DNA of 36,610 nucleotides from a virus. Its lineage: Duplodnaviria; Heunggongvirae; Uroviricota; Caudoviricetes. The stretch lies in IMG/VR virus record IMGVR_UViG_2541047898_000006, one strand, 5' to 3'. Below the pieces are notes generated by a model. That model ran no database searches. It was not told the origin of the DNA and saw only the letters and a list, made by a program, of their open reading frames with translations. Positions 8,555 through 17,309 of this stretch are shown one piece after another. Position 1 is the stretch's first letter, and each line of letters starts with the position of its first letter. The translations under genes were made by a program, and so were the position numbers.

Positions 8555-9466
8555 ATGGATTGCTTAGATGTAACCTATTGGACTGAGCTAGATGTTTTCG
8601 CACAGTATCCTGTTGGTGCTCGCTCTAAGGCATTGGTTATTTCCCCTGATGTTGCCCCCCATGGTATCAAAGCATCGTGGCCGTATCTTTTTAAGAGAAG
8701 TATTAAAAAATACCCAGATCAATTTTGGTGTGAGATCGTTGCCTACAGGATTGGATTGCAGCTTGGTTTTAATGTCCCCAAAGCAGTTCCTTCGTTAAAG
8801 ACTAATGATTTGGGGCATACGTTTTGCGGGGCCCTCATTGAGTGGTTTCATCATAAAGATTATGAGAAATTTGCTCCCGCTGGTGATTACTTTGTTCGAA
8901 GAGATCCAAATTTTGATCGTGAGAAAGGAGCTAAGCATTCCATTGAAGGGCTGAGGATTATCGCGAAAGCTCTTAAAGTTGACTATGTTGAGTGGTTGGA
9001 GAATATGGCTCTCTTTGACGCAGTAATAGGTAATACAGATAGACATCAAGAAAACTGGGGGTTTATCTTCTCACCTTTAACCAGCGAGTGTCAGCTTGCA
9101 CCATTTTTCGATAATGGTACGAGCTTATGCTACGAACGTTTTCCGGAACATGTTGCTGATTGGACCGATCATAGACTCAGGGAGCATGTTAGCCGGGGAA
9201 AGCATCATTTGCGTAAGACTCTGGGCAAAGATGAGTATCAGAGATTAGGTCATTTAGAGTTAATCAAAGAACTTTGTGATAAAAAAGAAGAATTAAAACA
9301 GCGGGTAGCTGAAAGACTGGCTCGTTTGAACCATGACTTTTGGGACTCAACTTTTGCGGAGTTGACGGAAATAAACTGCCCTGTTCCGCTGACTAGAGAA
9401 CGTGCTGCATGGATTGTTCGTGTAACAAACATGCGTATTGAACTGATTAAAGGTGTTACTTCATGA
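8555..9466 (+). CDS. HipA-like Ser/Thr kinase core (HipT-like, lacks the HipA N-terminal subdomain)
   Basis: Aligns by eye to E. coli HipA motifs: ATP-binding loop PVGARSKAL (HipA VAGAQEKTA), EIVAYRIGLQLGFNVPKA (HipA LLLAKELGLNVPDA), catalytic loop IGNTDRHQENWGF (HipA IGATDGHAKNFS), Mg-binding LAPFFDNG (HipA LTPFYDII). AGGA SD; 15 nt after the exonuclease stop. Confidence 0.7.
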   Translation: MDCLDVTYWTELDVFAQYPVGARSKALVISPDVAPHGIKASWPYLFKRSIKKYPDQFWCEIVAYRIGLQLGFNVPKAVPSLKTNDLGHTFCGALIEWFHHKDYEKFAPAGDYFVRRDPNFDREKGAKHSIEGLRIIAKALKVDYVEWLENMALFDAVIGNTDRHQENWGFIFSPLTSECQLAPFFDNGTSLCYERFPEHVADWTDHRLREHVSRGKHHLRKTLGKDEYQRLGHLELIKELCDKKEELKQRVAERLARLNHDFWDSTFAELTEINCPVPLTRERAAWIVRVTNMRIELIKGVTS

Positions 9467-10167
9467 CTATCTTAATAGAAAAAATTCCCATGCCAAGTAG
9501 GCTCTTACTGACATGGCAACCGACCGACGGCGGCTCTCGCTATGTCGTTGGTGAACTTCTTCAAGATGAGTCTGAAGGCTACGAGTTTAATTATCTTACG
9601 GATAGCAAAGATTTTGCTAAAGCTGTGGATAAAGGCTTTCACGGTTTTCCTGCTTTTGACATAAAAGTTACGACTCATCGCAAAGACGTTATGCAAACCT
9701 TTTCAAGAAGGTTACCCTCTAGGAAAAGAGAAGATTTTGCCGATTACTTGCTGACGTTTCGTCTTCCTGCTGATTTTAGAGAGAATGACTTCGTTTTGCT
9801 CGCTTGTACTGGCGGAAAAGTGGCTAGTGATGGTTTTTATTTTGTCCCAGACTTGTCTTCTATTCGGCCACCTTTTGATTATGTCATGGAGGTCGCCGGA
9901 ACGAGACACATGATTAAGGAAGGGCGTCTAGCTCTTGACGAGATATCAATTGGTGATGAAGTCATATTGCGCAATGAAGATACCAATACTGTTGATCCGC
10001 TGGCCATATTAGTAACGAAAAACGACAATCATCTAGGATATGTCAACAAGGCATTGTGCGCCGCATTACGAGATCTTGGTAAAAACCATGATATCAGTGG
10101 AGTGGTCGTACGTAAAAATGGCTCTTCGGATAGGCCTTTGATTTATGCAAAAGTATCTGTTAGATGA
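9463..10167 (+). CDS. Two-domain protein: HipA N-terminal-like (HipS-like) domain fused to a C-terminal HIRAN domain
   Basis: Start overlaps the kinase stop (ATGA). N-terminus LLLTWQPTDGGSRYVVGELLQDESEGYEFNY and FSRRLPSRKRED parallel the HipA N-terminus (LVTWMNNQRVGELTKLANGAHTFKY; FDNLLPDSPIVRDR). C-terminus GDEVILRNEDTNTVDPLAILV...LGYVNKALCAALRDLG...GVVV matches the HIRAN pattern (E-V-L-R-x-P-x-N-x-x-D-x-N-A-I-x-V ... G-[YH]-[VL]-x-K-x-L-A-x-x-L). Confidence 0.55.
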   Translation: MTILIEKIPMPSRLLLTWQPTDGGSRYVVGELLQDESEGYEFNYLTDSKDFAKAVDKGFHGFPAFDIKVTTHRKDVMQTFSRRLPSRKREDFADYLLTFRLPADFRENDFVLLACTGGKVASDGFYFVPDLSSIRPPFDYVMEVAGTRHMIKEGRLALDEISIGDEVILRNEDTNTVDPLAILVTKNDNHLGYVNKALCAALRDLGKNHDISGVVVRKNGSSDRPLIYAKVSVR

Positions 10168-10475
10168 TGCATGTTTATTCATGCTTGCTAGTGATGCTGC
10201 ATTTATAGAGTCTGTCAACTATGGAGATTTTTTCGTCTCATGCAACTACATTAAATTACCATTAAGTGGGTTGACGTTGCGGGGGAAGCATTACACGTCA
10301 GTATTGGTGCGTCTGAAGTGTCATGCCGAAAAGGTATGAAAAAGCCGCTTGGTAACATAACTATTCGCAATGATGTTGTAGGAAGCGAACTGGAAATGAT
10401 AGCAATGGATGCTGTTGATGTAGTGTATGTCTATGCTGCATGAGTTTGCATGAACGTTTGAGGCTCGTTTTTGTT

Positions 10476-10502
10476 AAGGCCCGCCAGAACTGGCGGGCTT
10501 TT
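10476..10502 (+). terminator. Rho-independent terminator ending the cargo operon
   Basis: GC-rich hairpin GCCCGCCAG / CTGGCGGGC followed by TTTT on the plus strand. Confidence 0.6.
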
Positions 10503-10547
10503 GCTCATGTCATGCAGGTGCATGAAAACCACTTCATAAAGCGGGCA

Positions 10548-10566
10548 GGCGTGGCGGGGATACGAG
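10548..10566. other. Putative cos (cohesive end) site GGCGTGGCGGGGATACGAG
   Basis: The first 13 nt match what I recall as the conserved start of P2/186 cohesive ends (GGCG[A/T]GGCGGGGAAAGCA.). It lies between the hotspot operon and the portal gene and is flanked by GGGGATACG direct repeats (10556..10564 and 10578..10586). Confidence 0.4.
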
Positions 10567-10653
10567 CGCGCGCTGATGGGGATACGGTGTTTTTAGTAAG
10601 GTTATGAGGTAGAATTTGACGCGGTTTTTTTAAGCATATTGAGGTGTAAATAG

Positions 10654-11199
10654 ATGGATGCTATTACTGGATTATTGGATTTTTTTAGAAAGATTCCAAC
10701 GGCACTTCTTGTAGCTATTACATGTGGTTTAAGTTTGATCCTTTTTTTGCCAGAATCTTTAGCTTCTAAAGTTGCGGTTGATGGTTTCCGTAAAGAATAT
10801 AGAAATTTCATAGGACCAGCATTTTTACTGGCTGTCTCTTTTTTAGTTGCAAGAGTATATCAGTTTTTTCATGACCTATATGGCGATAGACAAAGGCACA
10901 AAGTACGTATCTCTTATTTGGAGAAGCTAACTCCTGAGGAGAAGGGATACCTCTGGTCTTATATAATTGATGGCGAAAACTCACTAATGTGTGGTCCTGA
11001 AGATGGTGTTATGGGGGGGTTGGTTGCTAAGCGCATAACCTATAGAGCTGCAAACGTGGGCAGTATGATTGACGGATTCGCTTTCAATTTGCAGCCGTGG
11101 GCTCGCGAGCATTTACAGAACAACACTCATTTATTAGAAGGAGCGGTCGGTAGGGCAATGACACCGGGTGAGAAACTAGGATTCAGGCGTAGATTTTAA
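10654..11199 (+). CDS. Membrane protein (two N-terminal TM helices plus cytoplasmic domain); possible superinfection-exclusion-type cargo
   Basis: 181-aa ORF with GAGGTG SD. Hydrophobic segments TALLVAITCGLSLILFL and GPAFLLAVSFLVARVY. Sits between the putative cos and the portal stop, where P2 has only about 100 bp. Confidence 0.55.
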   Translation: MDAITGLLDFFRKIPTALLVAITCGLSLILFLPESLASKVAVDGFRKEYRNFIGPAFLLAVSFLVARVYQFFHDLYGDRQRHKVRISYLEKLTPEEKGYLWSYIIDGENSLMCGPEDGVMGGLVAKRITYRAANVGSMIDGFAFNLQPWAREHLQNNTHLLEGAVGRAMTPGEKLGFRRRF

Positions 11200-11243
11200 C
11201 CAGTCGCACACAGGCGATGCTTGACTGGTTAGACAGGGATAAT

Positions 11244-12281
11244 CTATTCAGCGTTCAACTGGTAGGGGTCAAAAGATATTATTGGCTCATTTAACCATTC
11301 GTTAAGTTCTTCAAGTCGCTTTTGTAAAGGAATTAACTCATTTCGCACAAAAACGCGGCTGGCCTTTTCCACATCCCCAAAACCTCCAACATTATTTGGC
11401 ATAATCCCCATCATTTGCGGCGGCACGCGGTGCGCCGCCATCATGTCATCCCGGCTCACGTTCTTGATGTTTAGAAACTCATCCTTTGCTGCGACCTCTG
11501 ACAACGGGATGATCTGAAGCCCATCCTTTTTGCCGTTAGGCGAGTACATAAACAGGTTGCGGAAGTTGCCCGGACCTTTGGCGCTTTTCATCGCGTTGCG
11601 GAGGTTGTTCACGTCCTCCTGGTTCTGCGCAGCATCGGTCATGTACATGATGAAGCCTGCATGACTGCCGTTAATGTAATACTTGCGGCGGAACAGCGTG
11701 GCGGACTCGTTGAGCAGGGCTGACGGAATGGCAGAAAGATAACCGGGCAGGCCGTAGATCTCCTGGTTAATGTCCGGTTCCATCAGATGAAAAATGCTTC
11801 CTTTCGTGAACTGATACGGCTGGGTTGTCATACCGTATTGCACAAACCAGTAGGTATCCAGGTCTAACCCGCGTCGGGTGTATTTTGCTAGTGCAGGCTC
11901 AAGGGCGATAACTTCACCGAAGCGGTTCGTGCGTTTCTCCAGGTAGGCGTTACCAAATACCAGATAGTCCTGCACAAAACGCGAAAAAGCTTGCTGGCTG
12001 AGCAGAGGATGAGGGATATAGGTACTGGTCAGAATGTTGCACTTTACTGCAATCGGGGAACTGTGATGCACGGCAGCGCGGAAGGTGCGCGCCAGTCCGT
12101 CAAAGCTGACGGGCGGCTCATACCAACGGTCCATCTGTACGCATTCCACATAGTCCAGTAATTCTCGGCGGTCCAGAACAGGAACGGGATCGCCGAAGCT
12201 GAATGCTTCGGCTGAAGTCTGGCTTTTATGCTGGTTCTGGTTCGTCGACGCAGTGCGGTTTTTCTTACTCTTTCCCATCAA
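11244..12281 (-). CDS. Q: Portal protein (gpQ)
   Basis: 345 aa on the minus strand, size and position as P2 gpQ, overlapping the terminase gene. Confidence 0.88.
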   Translation of the reverse strand: MMGKSKKNRTASTNQNQHKSQTSAEAFSFGDPVPVLDRRELLDYVECVQMDRWYEPPVSFDGLARTFRAAVHHSSPIAVKCNILTSTYIPHPLLSQQAFSRFVQDYLVFGNAYLEKRTNRFGEVIALEPALAKYTRRGLDLDTYWFVQYGMTTQPYQFTKGSIFHLMEPDINQEIYGLPGYLSAIPSALLNESATLFRRKYYINGSHAGFIMYMTDAAQNQEDVNNLRNAMKSAKGPGNFRNLFMYSPNGKKDGLQIIPLSEVAAKDEFLNIKNVSRDDMMAAHRVPPQMMGIMPNNVGGFGDVEKASRVFVRNELIPLQKRLEELNEWLNEPIISFDPYQLNAE

Positions 12282-14044
12282 AAAATCTCCACAATATTGC
12301 TGGTATTGGCGGACTCGCCCTGCAGCGGTTCGTTAAACAGTGCGTGCATCGTTGCCCAGGCCAGATCGGCGTGGCTGGCTTCTTCGCTGCGGCTGGCTTC
12401 ATAGGTTGGGCGGTTGCCACTGGCGGTGGTTGCGCGACGGATTGCCATGAATGACTGCGCAATGTCGGTGTGCCCGGCGTCAAACTCCAGACGGCGGTGG
12501 CTGATAATGTCGTAGGCCTTGAGTACCAGGGCATTTTTAACATTGGGGTTGTAGACAAACTCCCGGACGGCAGGAAAGAACGCTTTCACGTTCTCATAAA
12601 CCCCGTGACCAACGCCGGTTGAGTCGATACCGATATAGGTCACGTTGTACTGTTCGGTCAGTTTTTTGATGGCGTCAGCCTGGGCGCGGAAGTCCATCCC
12701 GCGCCACTGGTGACGCTCAAGAATGCGGAACTTACCGCCCGGCACGGCTGGCGGTGCCACCACCACGCATCCGGCGCTGTCGCCGTTCTGCGTACCTTTT
12801 GCCGGGTCATAACCGATCCACACTTCGCGCCAGCCAAACGGGCGCAGGGCCAGTGCATGAAAGTCGGTCCATACTTCCCAGCTGTCCACCATGCACGCCT
12901 GCAGTTCGCTGAGCGGGAACACGGACGCGAGATCGTCCACGAACTCGCACATCAGCAGGTTCTGGTATTCGTCCGGGCTGTACTCCATGCGCAGCTGGTC
13001 GAGGTCGAACAGGTTACAGCCGCCGCGCACCGCATCTTCCACGGTGACTATCTGGCGGTATTGCCCGTCTGCGCACAGCAGGCCGGGGGCCAGATTGCTG
13101 TGGGACAGGTCGATGTCCACCTTGTCAGCTTTGTTGCGTCCACGGTTGAACAGCGCACCGGACCAGAACGGATAAGCACTGTGGGTCAGGCTGGATGGTG
13201 TGGAAAAATAGGTCTGTCGCCATTTCTTGTGAATAGCCATACCGGAAGCCACTTTGCGTAGCTCCTGAAATTTCGGTATCCAGAAATATTCATCCAGATA
13301 CAGGTTGCCGTGATAACTCTGGGCAGTGCGGGCATTGGTGCCGAGGAAGTAAAGTGTGGCCCCGTTAGGAAGCACCATCGGATCGCCTTTCAGCTCCACC
13401 TCCACTTCTTTGGCGAAGTCGATGATGTACTGCTTAAAGACGTGGGCCTGTGCCTTACTGGCGGAAAGAAAAATCTGGTTACGTCCGGTAAGCAGAGCGT
13501 CAATCAGGGCTTCACGGGCAAAGTAAAAGGTCGCGCCGATCTGGCGTGACTTCAGCAGGTTGCGGATGCGGTTGGTTTTTCCGGCTTCCCACCAGTGGCG
13601 CTGGTAGTTGAACATGGAGGAATGGAAGATTTCTTCCAGCTTCTCAATCTGTTCATCGGTGAAGACATTCTTTTCCGGTTGACGGCGCGGGCCTTTGTTG
13701 CGGTTGGCGACGTTAGGGTTTAAGTCGGCTTCGTTGCCGCCATTGTTAAACTTGCCGATCCGCGCGTGGCGCTCCGACTGGCGCGCCAGCAGGTCAATTT
13801 CTTTAAAGTCTTTCCCTTCTTTGTGCTCCTTCATAATGAGCTGGCAGTAGCGTGCGGCGGTGGTGAGCTGCATCTGATCCAGCGGCCCATAGTCACCCCA
13901 CTTGTCGCGTTTTTTCCAGCTGTGAACGGTTGCAACTTTCTCGCCCAACATTTCAGCAATGCGGGCGACGCGGTATCCCTGAAAGTACAGCAGCATGGCC
14001 TGCCGACGGGGATCGAGATCTGCGGGTGTCAGTGTGGTGTTCAT
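12278..14044 (-). CDS. P: Terminase large (ATPase) subunit (gpP)
   Basis: 588 aa, divergent from the capsid operon; size and synteny as P2 gpP. Confidence 0.88.
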   Translation of the reverse strand: MNTTLTPADLDPRRQAMLLYFQGYRVARIAEMLGEKVATVHSWKKRDKWGDYGPLDQMQLTTAARYCQLIMKEHKEGKDFKEIDLLARQSERHARIGKFNNGGNEADLNPNVANRNKGPRRQPEKNVFTDEQIEKLEEIFHSSMFNYQRHWWEAGKTNRIRNLLKSRQIGATFYFAREALIDALLTGRNQIFLSASKAQAHVFKQYIIDFAKEVEVELKGDPMVLPNGATLYFLGTNARTAQSYHGNLYLDEYFWIPKFQELRKVASGMAIHKKWRQTYFSTPSSLTHSAYPFWSGALFNRGRNKADKVDIDLSHSNLAPGLLCADGQYRQIVTVEDAVRGGCNLFDLDQLRMEYSPDEYQNLLMCEFVDDLASVFPLSELQACMVDSWEVWTDFHALALRPFGWREVWIGYDPAKGTQNGDSAGCVVVAPPAVPGGKFRILERHQWRGMDFRAQADAIKKLTEQYNVTYIGIDSTGVGHGVYENVKAFFPAVREFVYNPNVKNALVLKAYDIISHRRLEFDAGHTDIAQSFMAIRRATTASGNRPTYEASRSEEASHADLAWATMHALFNEPLQGESANTSNIVEIF

Positions 14045-14090
14045 GGCACAAACCTACAGCCTTGAATGAAGGCTTTCCCCGCCTGCGGTT

Positions 14091-14108
14091 TGTGTGGTTG
14101 TCGGTACA
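14091..14108 (+). promoter_or_regulatory. TGT-N12-ACA dyad, candidate Ogr-dependent late promoter element (PO)
   Basis: TGTgtggttgtcggtACA lies about 80-95 bp upstream of the O start codon, in the P/O divergent intergenic region. Confidence 0.4.
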
Positions 14109-14186
14109 AATACCGCGCATTGTTTCACTACCCCCATCACCGCAACCATAAGGCTCCAGTAAGTTATTTCTAACGGAGCACGGCTC

Positions 14187-15020
14187 ATGACAGTGAAAGC
14201 AAAGCGTTTTCGCATCGGGGTGGAAGGTGCCACCACCGACGGACGCGAAATCCAGCGTGAATGGCTGGAACAGATGGCAGCCAGCTACAACCCGGCGGTG
14301 TATACCGCGCTGATTAACCTTGAGCACATCAAGTCTTATCTGCCGGACAGCACCTTTAACCGCTACGGCAAGGTGACTGCGCTGTTTGCTGAAGAAATCA
14401 CGGAAGGCCCGCTGGCAGGCAAGATGGCGCTGTATGCCGACGTTGAGCCAACGGAGTCCCTGGTGGAACTGGTGAAAAAAGGCCAGAAATTATTCACCTC
14501 TATGGAAGTCAGCCCGAAGTTTGCTGATACGGGCAAAGCCTACCTGGTCGGCCTGGCTGCCACTGATGATCCCGCCAGTCTGGGTACGGAAATGCTGACA
14601 TTCAGCGCCAGTGCAGCCCATAACCCGCTGGCAAACCGCAAGCAGAATCCTGCCAATCTCTTTACCGCTGCAGAGGAAACGGTGATCGAACTGGAAGAAA
14701 TCCAGGATGACAAACCGTCCCTGTTTGCCCGCGTCACGGCGCTGTTCACCAAAAAAGAGCAGTCCGATGATGCCCGATTCTCTGATGTGCATAAGGCCGT
14801 GGAGCTGGTCGCCACTGAGGAGCAAAACCTGAGCATGCGCACCGAAAAATCCCTGTCTGAGCAGGAAGAACGCCTGTCTGAGCTGGAGACTGCCCTGCAG
14901 GCACAGCAGACCGCCTTTAACGAACTGGTGAATAAGCTGAGTCAAGAAGACAGCCGCCAGGACTACCGCCAGCGTGCAACAGGCGGTAACGCCCCCGCTG
15001 ACACTCTGACCAATTGCTGA
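14187..15020 (+). CDS. O: Capsid scaffolding protein (gpO)
   Basis: 277 aa, first gene of the rightward capsid operon; size and synteny as P2 gpO. Confidence 0.85.
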   Translation: MTVKAKRFRIGVEGATTDGREIQREWLEQMAASYNPAVYTALINLEHIKSYLPDSTFNRYGKVTALFAEEITEGPLAGKMALYADVEPTESLVELVKKGQKLFTSMEVSPKFADTGKAYLVGLAATDDPASLGTEMLTFSASAAHNPLANRKQNPANLFTAAEETVIELEEIQDDKPSLFARVTALFTKKEQSDDARFSDVHKAVELVATEEQNLSMRTEKSLSEQEERLSELETALQAQQTAFNELVNKLSQEDSRQDYRQRATGGNAPADTLTNC

Positions 15021-15036
15021 TGGAGCACAAAACCTG

Positions 15037-16095
15037 ATGAAGAAGAATACCCGCTTTGCTTTTAACGCTTACCTGCAGCAGCTGGCGCGTCTGAACGGTG
15101 TGGCAGTTGAAGAGCTGTCCAGCAAGTTCACCGTGGAGCCGTCCGTGCAGCAGACGCTGGAAGACCAGATCCAGCAGTCCGCCGCTTTCCTGACGCTGAT
15201 TAACGTCACGCCAGTGACTGAGCAGTCCGGTCAGCTGCTGGGGTTGGGTGTTGGCAGCACCATTGCCGGAACCACTGACACCACCGCGAAAGAGCGTGAA
15301 CCTGTCGATCCGACGCTGATGGTCGATGTGGAATACAAATGCGAGCAGACCAACTTTGACACGGTACTGACCTACGCGAAGCTGGACCTGTGGGCGAAGT
15401 TTCAGGATTTCCAGGTGCGTATCCGTGACGCCATCGTGAAACGTCAGGCACTGGACCGCATCATGATCGGCTTTAACGGCGTGAAGCGTGCGAAAACCTC
15501 CAACCGTAGCGAAAACCCGCTGCTGCAGGATGTGAACAAAGGCTGGTTACAGAAAATCCGTGAGGATGCACCGGATCACGTCATAGGCAGCACCACCACG
15601 GGCGGTGAAACCACACCGGGTGCGGTGAAAGTCGGGAAAGGGGGCGAATATGCCAACCTGGACGCCGTGGTGATGGATGCCGTCAATGAGCTTATCGACG
15701 TTGTCTACCAGGACGATGACGATCTGGTGGTGATTTGCGGTCGTGAACTGCTGTCTGACAAGTATTTCCCGCTGGTCAACAAAGAGCAGGAAAACAGTGA
15801 AAAACTGGCTGCCGATATGATCATCAGCCAGAAACGCATGGGTGGCCTGCAGGCCGTGCGTGCGCCGTTCTTCCCGCCGAATGCGCTGCTGATCACCCGT
15901 CTGGATAACCTGTCCATCTACTGGCAGGAAGACACCCGCCGCCGTTCAGTTATCGACAACCCGAAACGTGACCGGATTGAAAACTTTGAATCCGTTAACG
16001 AAGCCTATGTGGTTGAGGACTACCGCTGCGCCGCACTGGTGGAAAACATCCAGATTGGCGATTTCAGCGCCGCTGCAGCAGAAGCCGGAGCGTAA
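15037..16095 (+). CDS. N: Major capsid protein (gpN)
   Basis: 352 aa following the scaffold gene; size and synteny as P2 gpN. Confidence 0.88.
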   Translation: MKKNTRFAFNAYLQQLARLNGVAVEELSSKFTVEPSVQQTLEDQIQQSAAFLTLINVTPVTEQSGQLLGLGVGSTIAGTTDTTAKEREPVDPTLMVDVEYKCEQTNFDTVLTYAKLDLWAKFQDFQVRIRDAIVKRQALDRIMIGFNGVKRAKTSNRSENPLLQDVNKGWLQKIREDAPDHVIGSTTTGGETTPGAVKVGKGGEYANLDAVVMDAVNELIDVVYQDDDDLVVICGRELLSDKYFPLVNKEQENSEKLAADMIISQKRMGGLQAVRAPFFPPNALLITRLDNLSIYWQEDTRRRSVIDNPKRDRIENFESVNEAYVVEDYRCAALVENIQIGDFSAAAAEAGA

Positions 16096-16098
16096 CCC

Positions 16099-16749
16099 AT
16101 GAGCCTGAGTCCCGCACGGCAGCATCGCCTGCGCGTTCAGGCTGAACAGGCCGCCCGCGAGGGCGGCAGCGTTCGCCACGCGTCGGGCTATGACCTGATG
16201 CTGCTGCAACTGGCGGAAGACCGCCGCCGTCTCAAGGGCGTTCAGTCCACGGTCAAAAAAGCGGAAATTAAGGTGGAACTGCTGCCGAAGTACGCCGCCT
16301 GGGCAGAGGGTGTCCTGACTGCCGGAGGCGCACAGCAGGATGACGTGCTGATGTACGTGATGCTGTGGCGCATTGATGCCGGAGATTATGCCGGGGCGCT
16401 GGAGATCGGGCGTCACGCCCTGCGTCATGGCTGGGTGATGCCGTTGGGTAACCGCAACGTGCAGACCGTGCTGGCAGAGGAAATGGCAGATGCAGCCCAG
16501 AGCGCAATGCTTGCCGCCACCGGCTTTGATGCCGATCTGTTGCTGCAGACGCTGGAGCTGACAGACGGTCTGGATATGCCAGACCAGTCACGGGCGCGTC
16601 TGCATAAAGCGATTGGCGCTGTCCTGAGTGAAAGCAATCCGGCTTCCGCCCTTAATCATCTCAACCATGCGTTACAGCTCGATCCCCGCTGTGGCGTGAA
16701 AAAAGACAAACAGCAGCTGGAGCGCAGACTGCGCAATGACAGCCGCTGA
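16099..16749 (+). CDS. M: Terminase small (endonuclease) subunit (gpM)
   Basis: 216 aa following N; synteny with P2 gpM. Confidence 0.8.
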   Translation: MSLSPARQHRLRVQAEQAAREGGSVRHASGYDLMLLQLAEDRRRLKGVQSTVKKAEIKVELLPKYAAWAEGVLTAGGAQQDDVLMYVMLWRIDAGDYAGALEIGRHALRHGWVMPLGNRNVQTVLAEEMADAAQSAMLAATGFDADLLLQTLELTDGLDMPDQSRARLHKAIGAVLSESNPASALNHLNHALQLDPRCGVKKDKQQLERRLRNDSR

Positions 16750-16844
16750 CAGAACGTGCCCCCGCGCACGGGCGGCACGGGGTGGCGAAAGGCACAGCCA
16801 CATCAAAACTCCGTCCACCGCCCTCTATTTCAGGAGAAAGCAGC

Positions 16845-17309
16845 ATGAAGTTTGTTGCGCCAGAACAGGCACCGGAACAGGCGGAAATCATCAGAAATAC
16901 GCCGTTCTGGCCTGATGTGGACCTGTCGGAGTTTCGCAGTGTGATGCGCACTGACGGCACGGTGACGCAGCCGCGTTTAAAGCAGGTTGCGCTGTCGGCA
17001 ATTTCGGAGGTCAACGCAGAGCTGTATGAGTTTCGCAGACGCCAGCAGATGCTGGGGTATGCCTCGCTGGCAGAGGTTCCGGCGGAACAGCTGGACGGCA
17101 AAAGTGAGCGCATTCAGCACTATTTCAACGCGGTTTACTGCTGGGCACGCGCCATGCTCAACGAACGTTACCAGGACTATGACGCCACGGCGTCCGGTGT
17201 GAAGCGGGGCGAGGAACTGGCGGAAGCAAGCGGTGATTTGTGGCGTGACGCCCGCTGGGCCATCAGCCGGGTGCAGGATGCGCCGCACTGCACAGTGGAG
17301 CTTATCTGA
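16845..17309 (+). CDS. L: Head completion/stabilisation protein (gpL)
   Basis: Start at the internal ATG (MKFVAPEQ...) with AGGAGA SD; the ORF-track start at 16782 overlaps the M stop region without an SD. Confidence 0.8.
   Translation: MKFVAPEQAPEQAEIIRNTPFWPDVDLSEFRSVMRTDGTVTQPRLKQVALSAISEVNAELYEFRRRQQMLGYASLAEVPAEQLDGKSERIQHYFNAVYCWARAMLNERYQDYDATASGVKRGEELAEASGDLWRDARWAISRVQDAPHCTVELI

Noticed and set aside
10145-10339. 64-aa ORF overlapping the end of the HIRAN gene
   Set aside because: Weak SD and a featureless translation; kept only as a possibility in the finding on the 10168..10475 interval.
11198-11230. 8-bp inverted repeat between the convergent membrane-protein gene and the portal gene
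   Set aside because: AT-rich stem, 17-nt loop and no flanking U-tract on either strand; too weak to call a terminator.
12203-14327. Multiple ORFs on the opposite strand or in alternative frames within the portal and terminase genes (for example 12265..12558, 12710..13261, 13953..14327)
   Set aside because: Embedded in GC-rich coding sequence of well-supported structural genes; Arg/Ala/Pro-rich translations typical of antisense frames.
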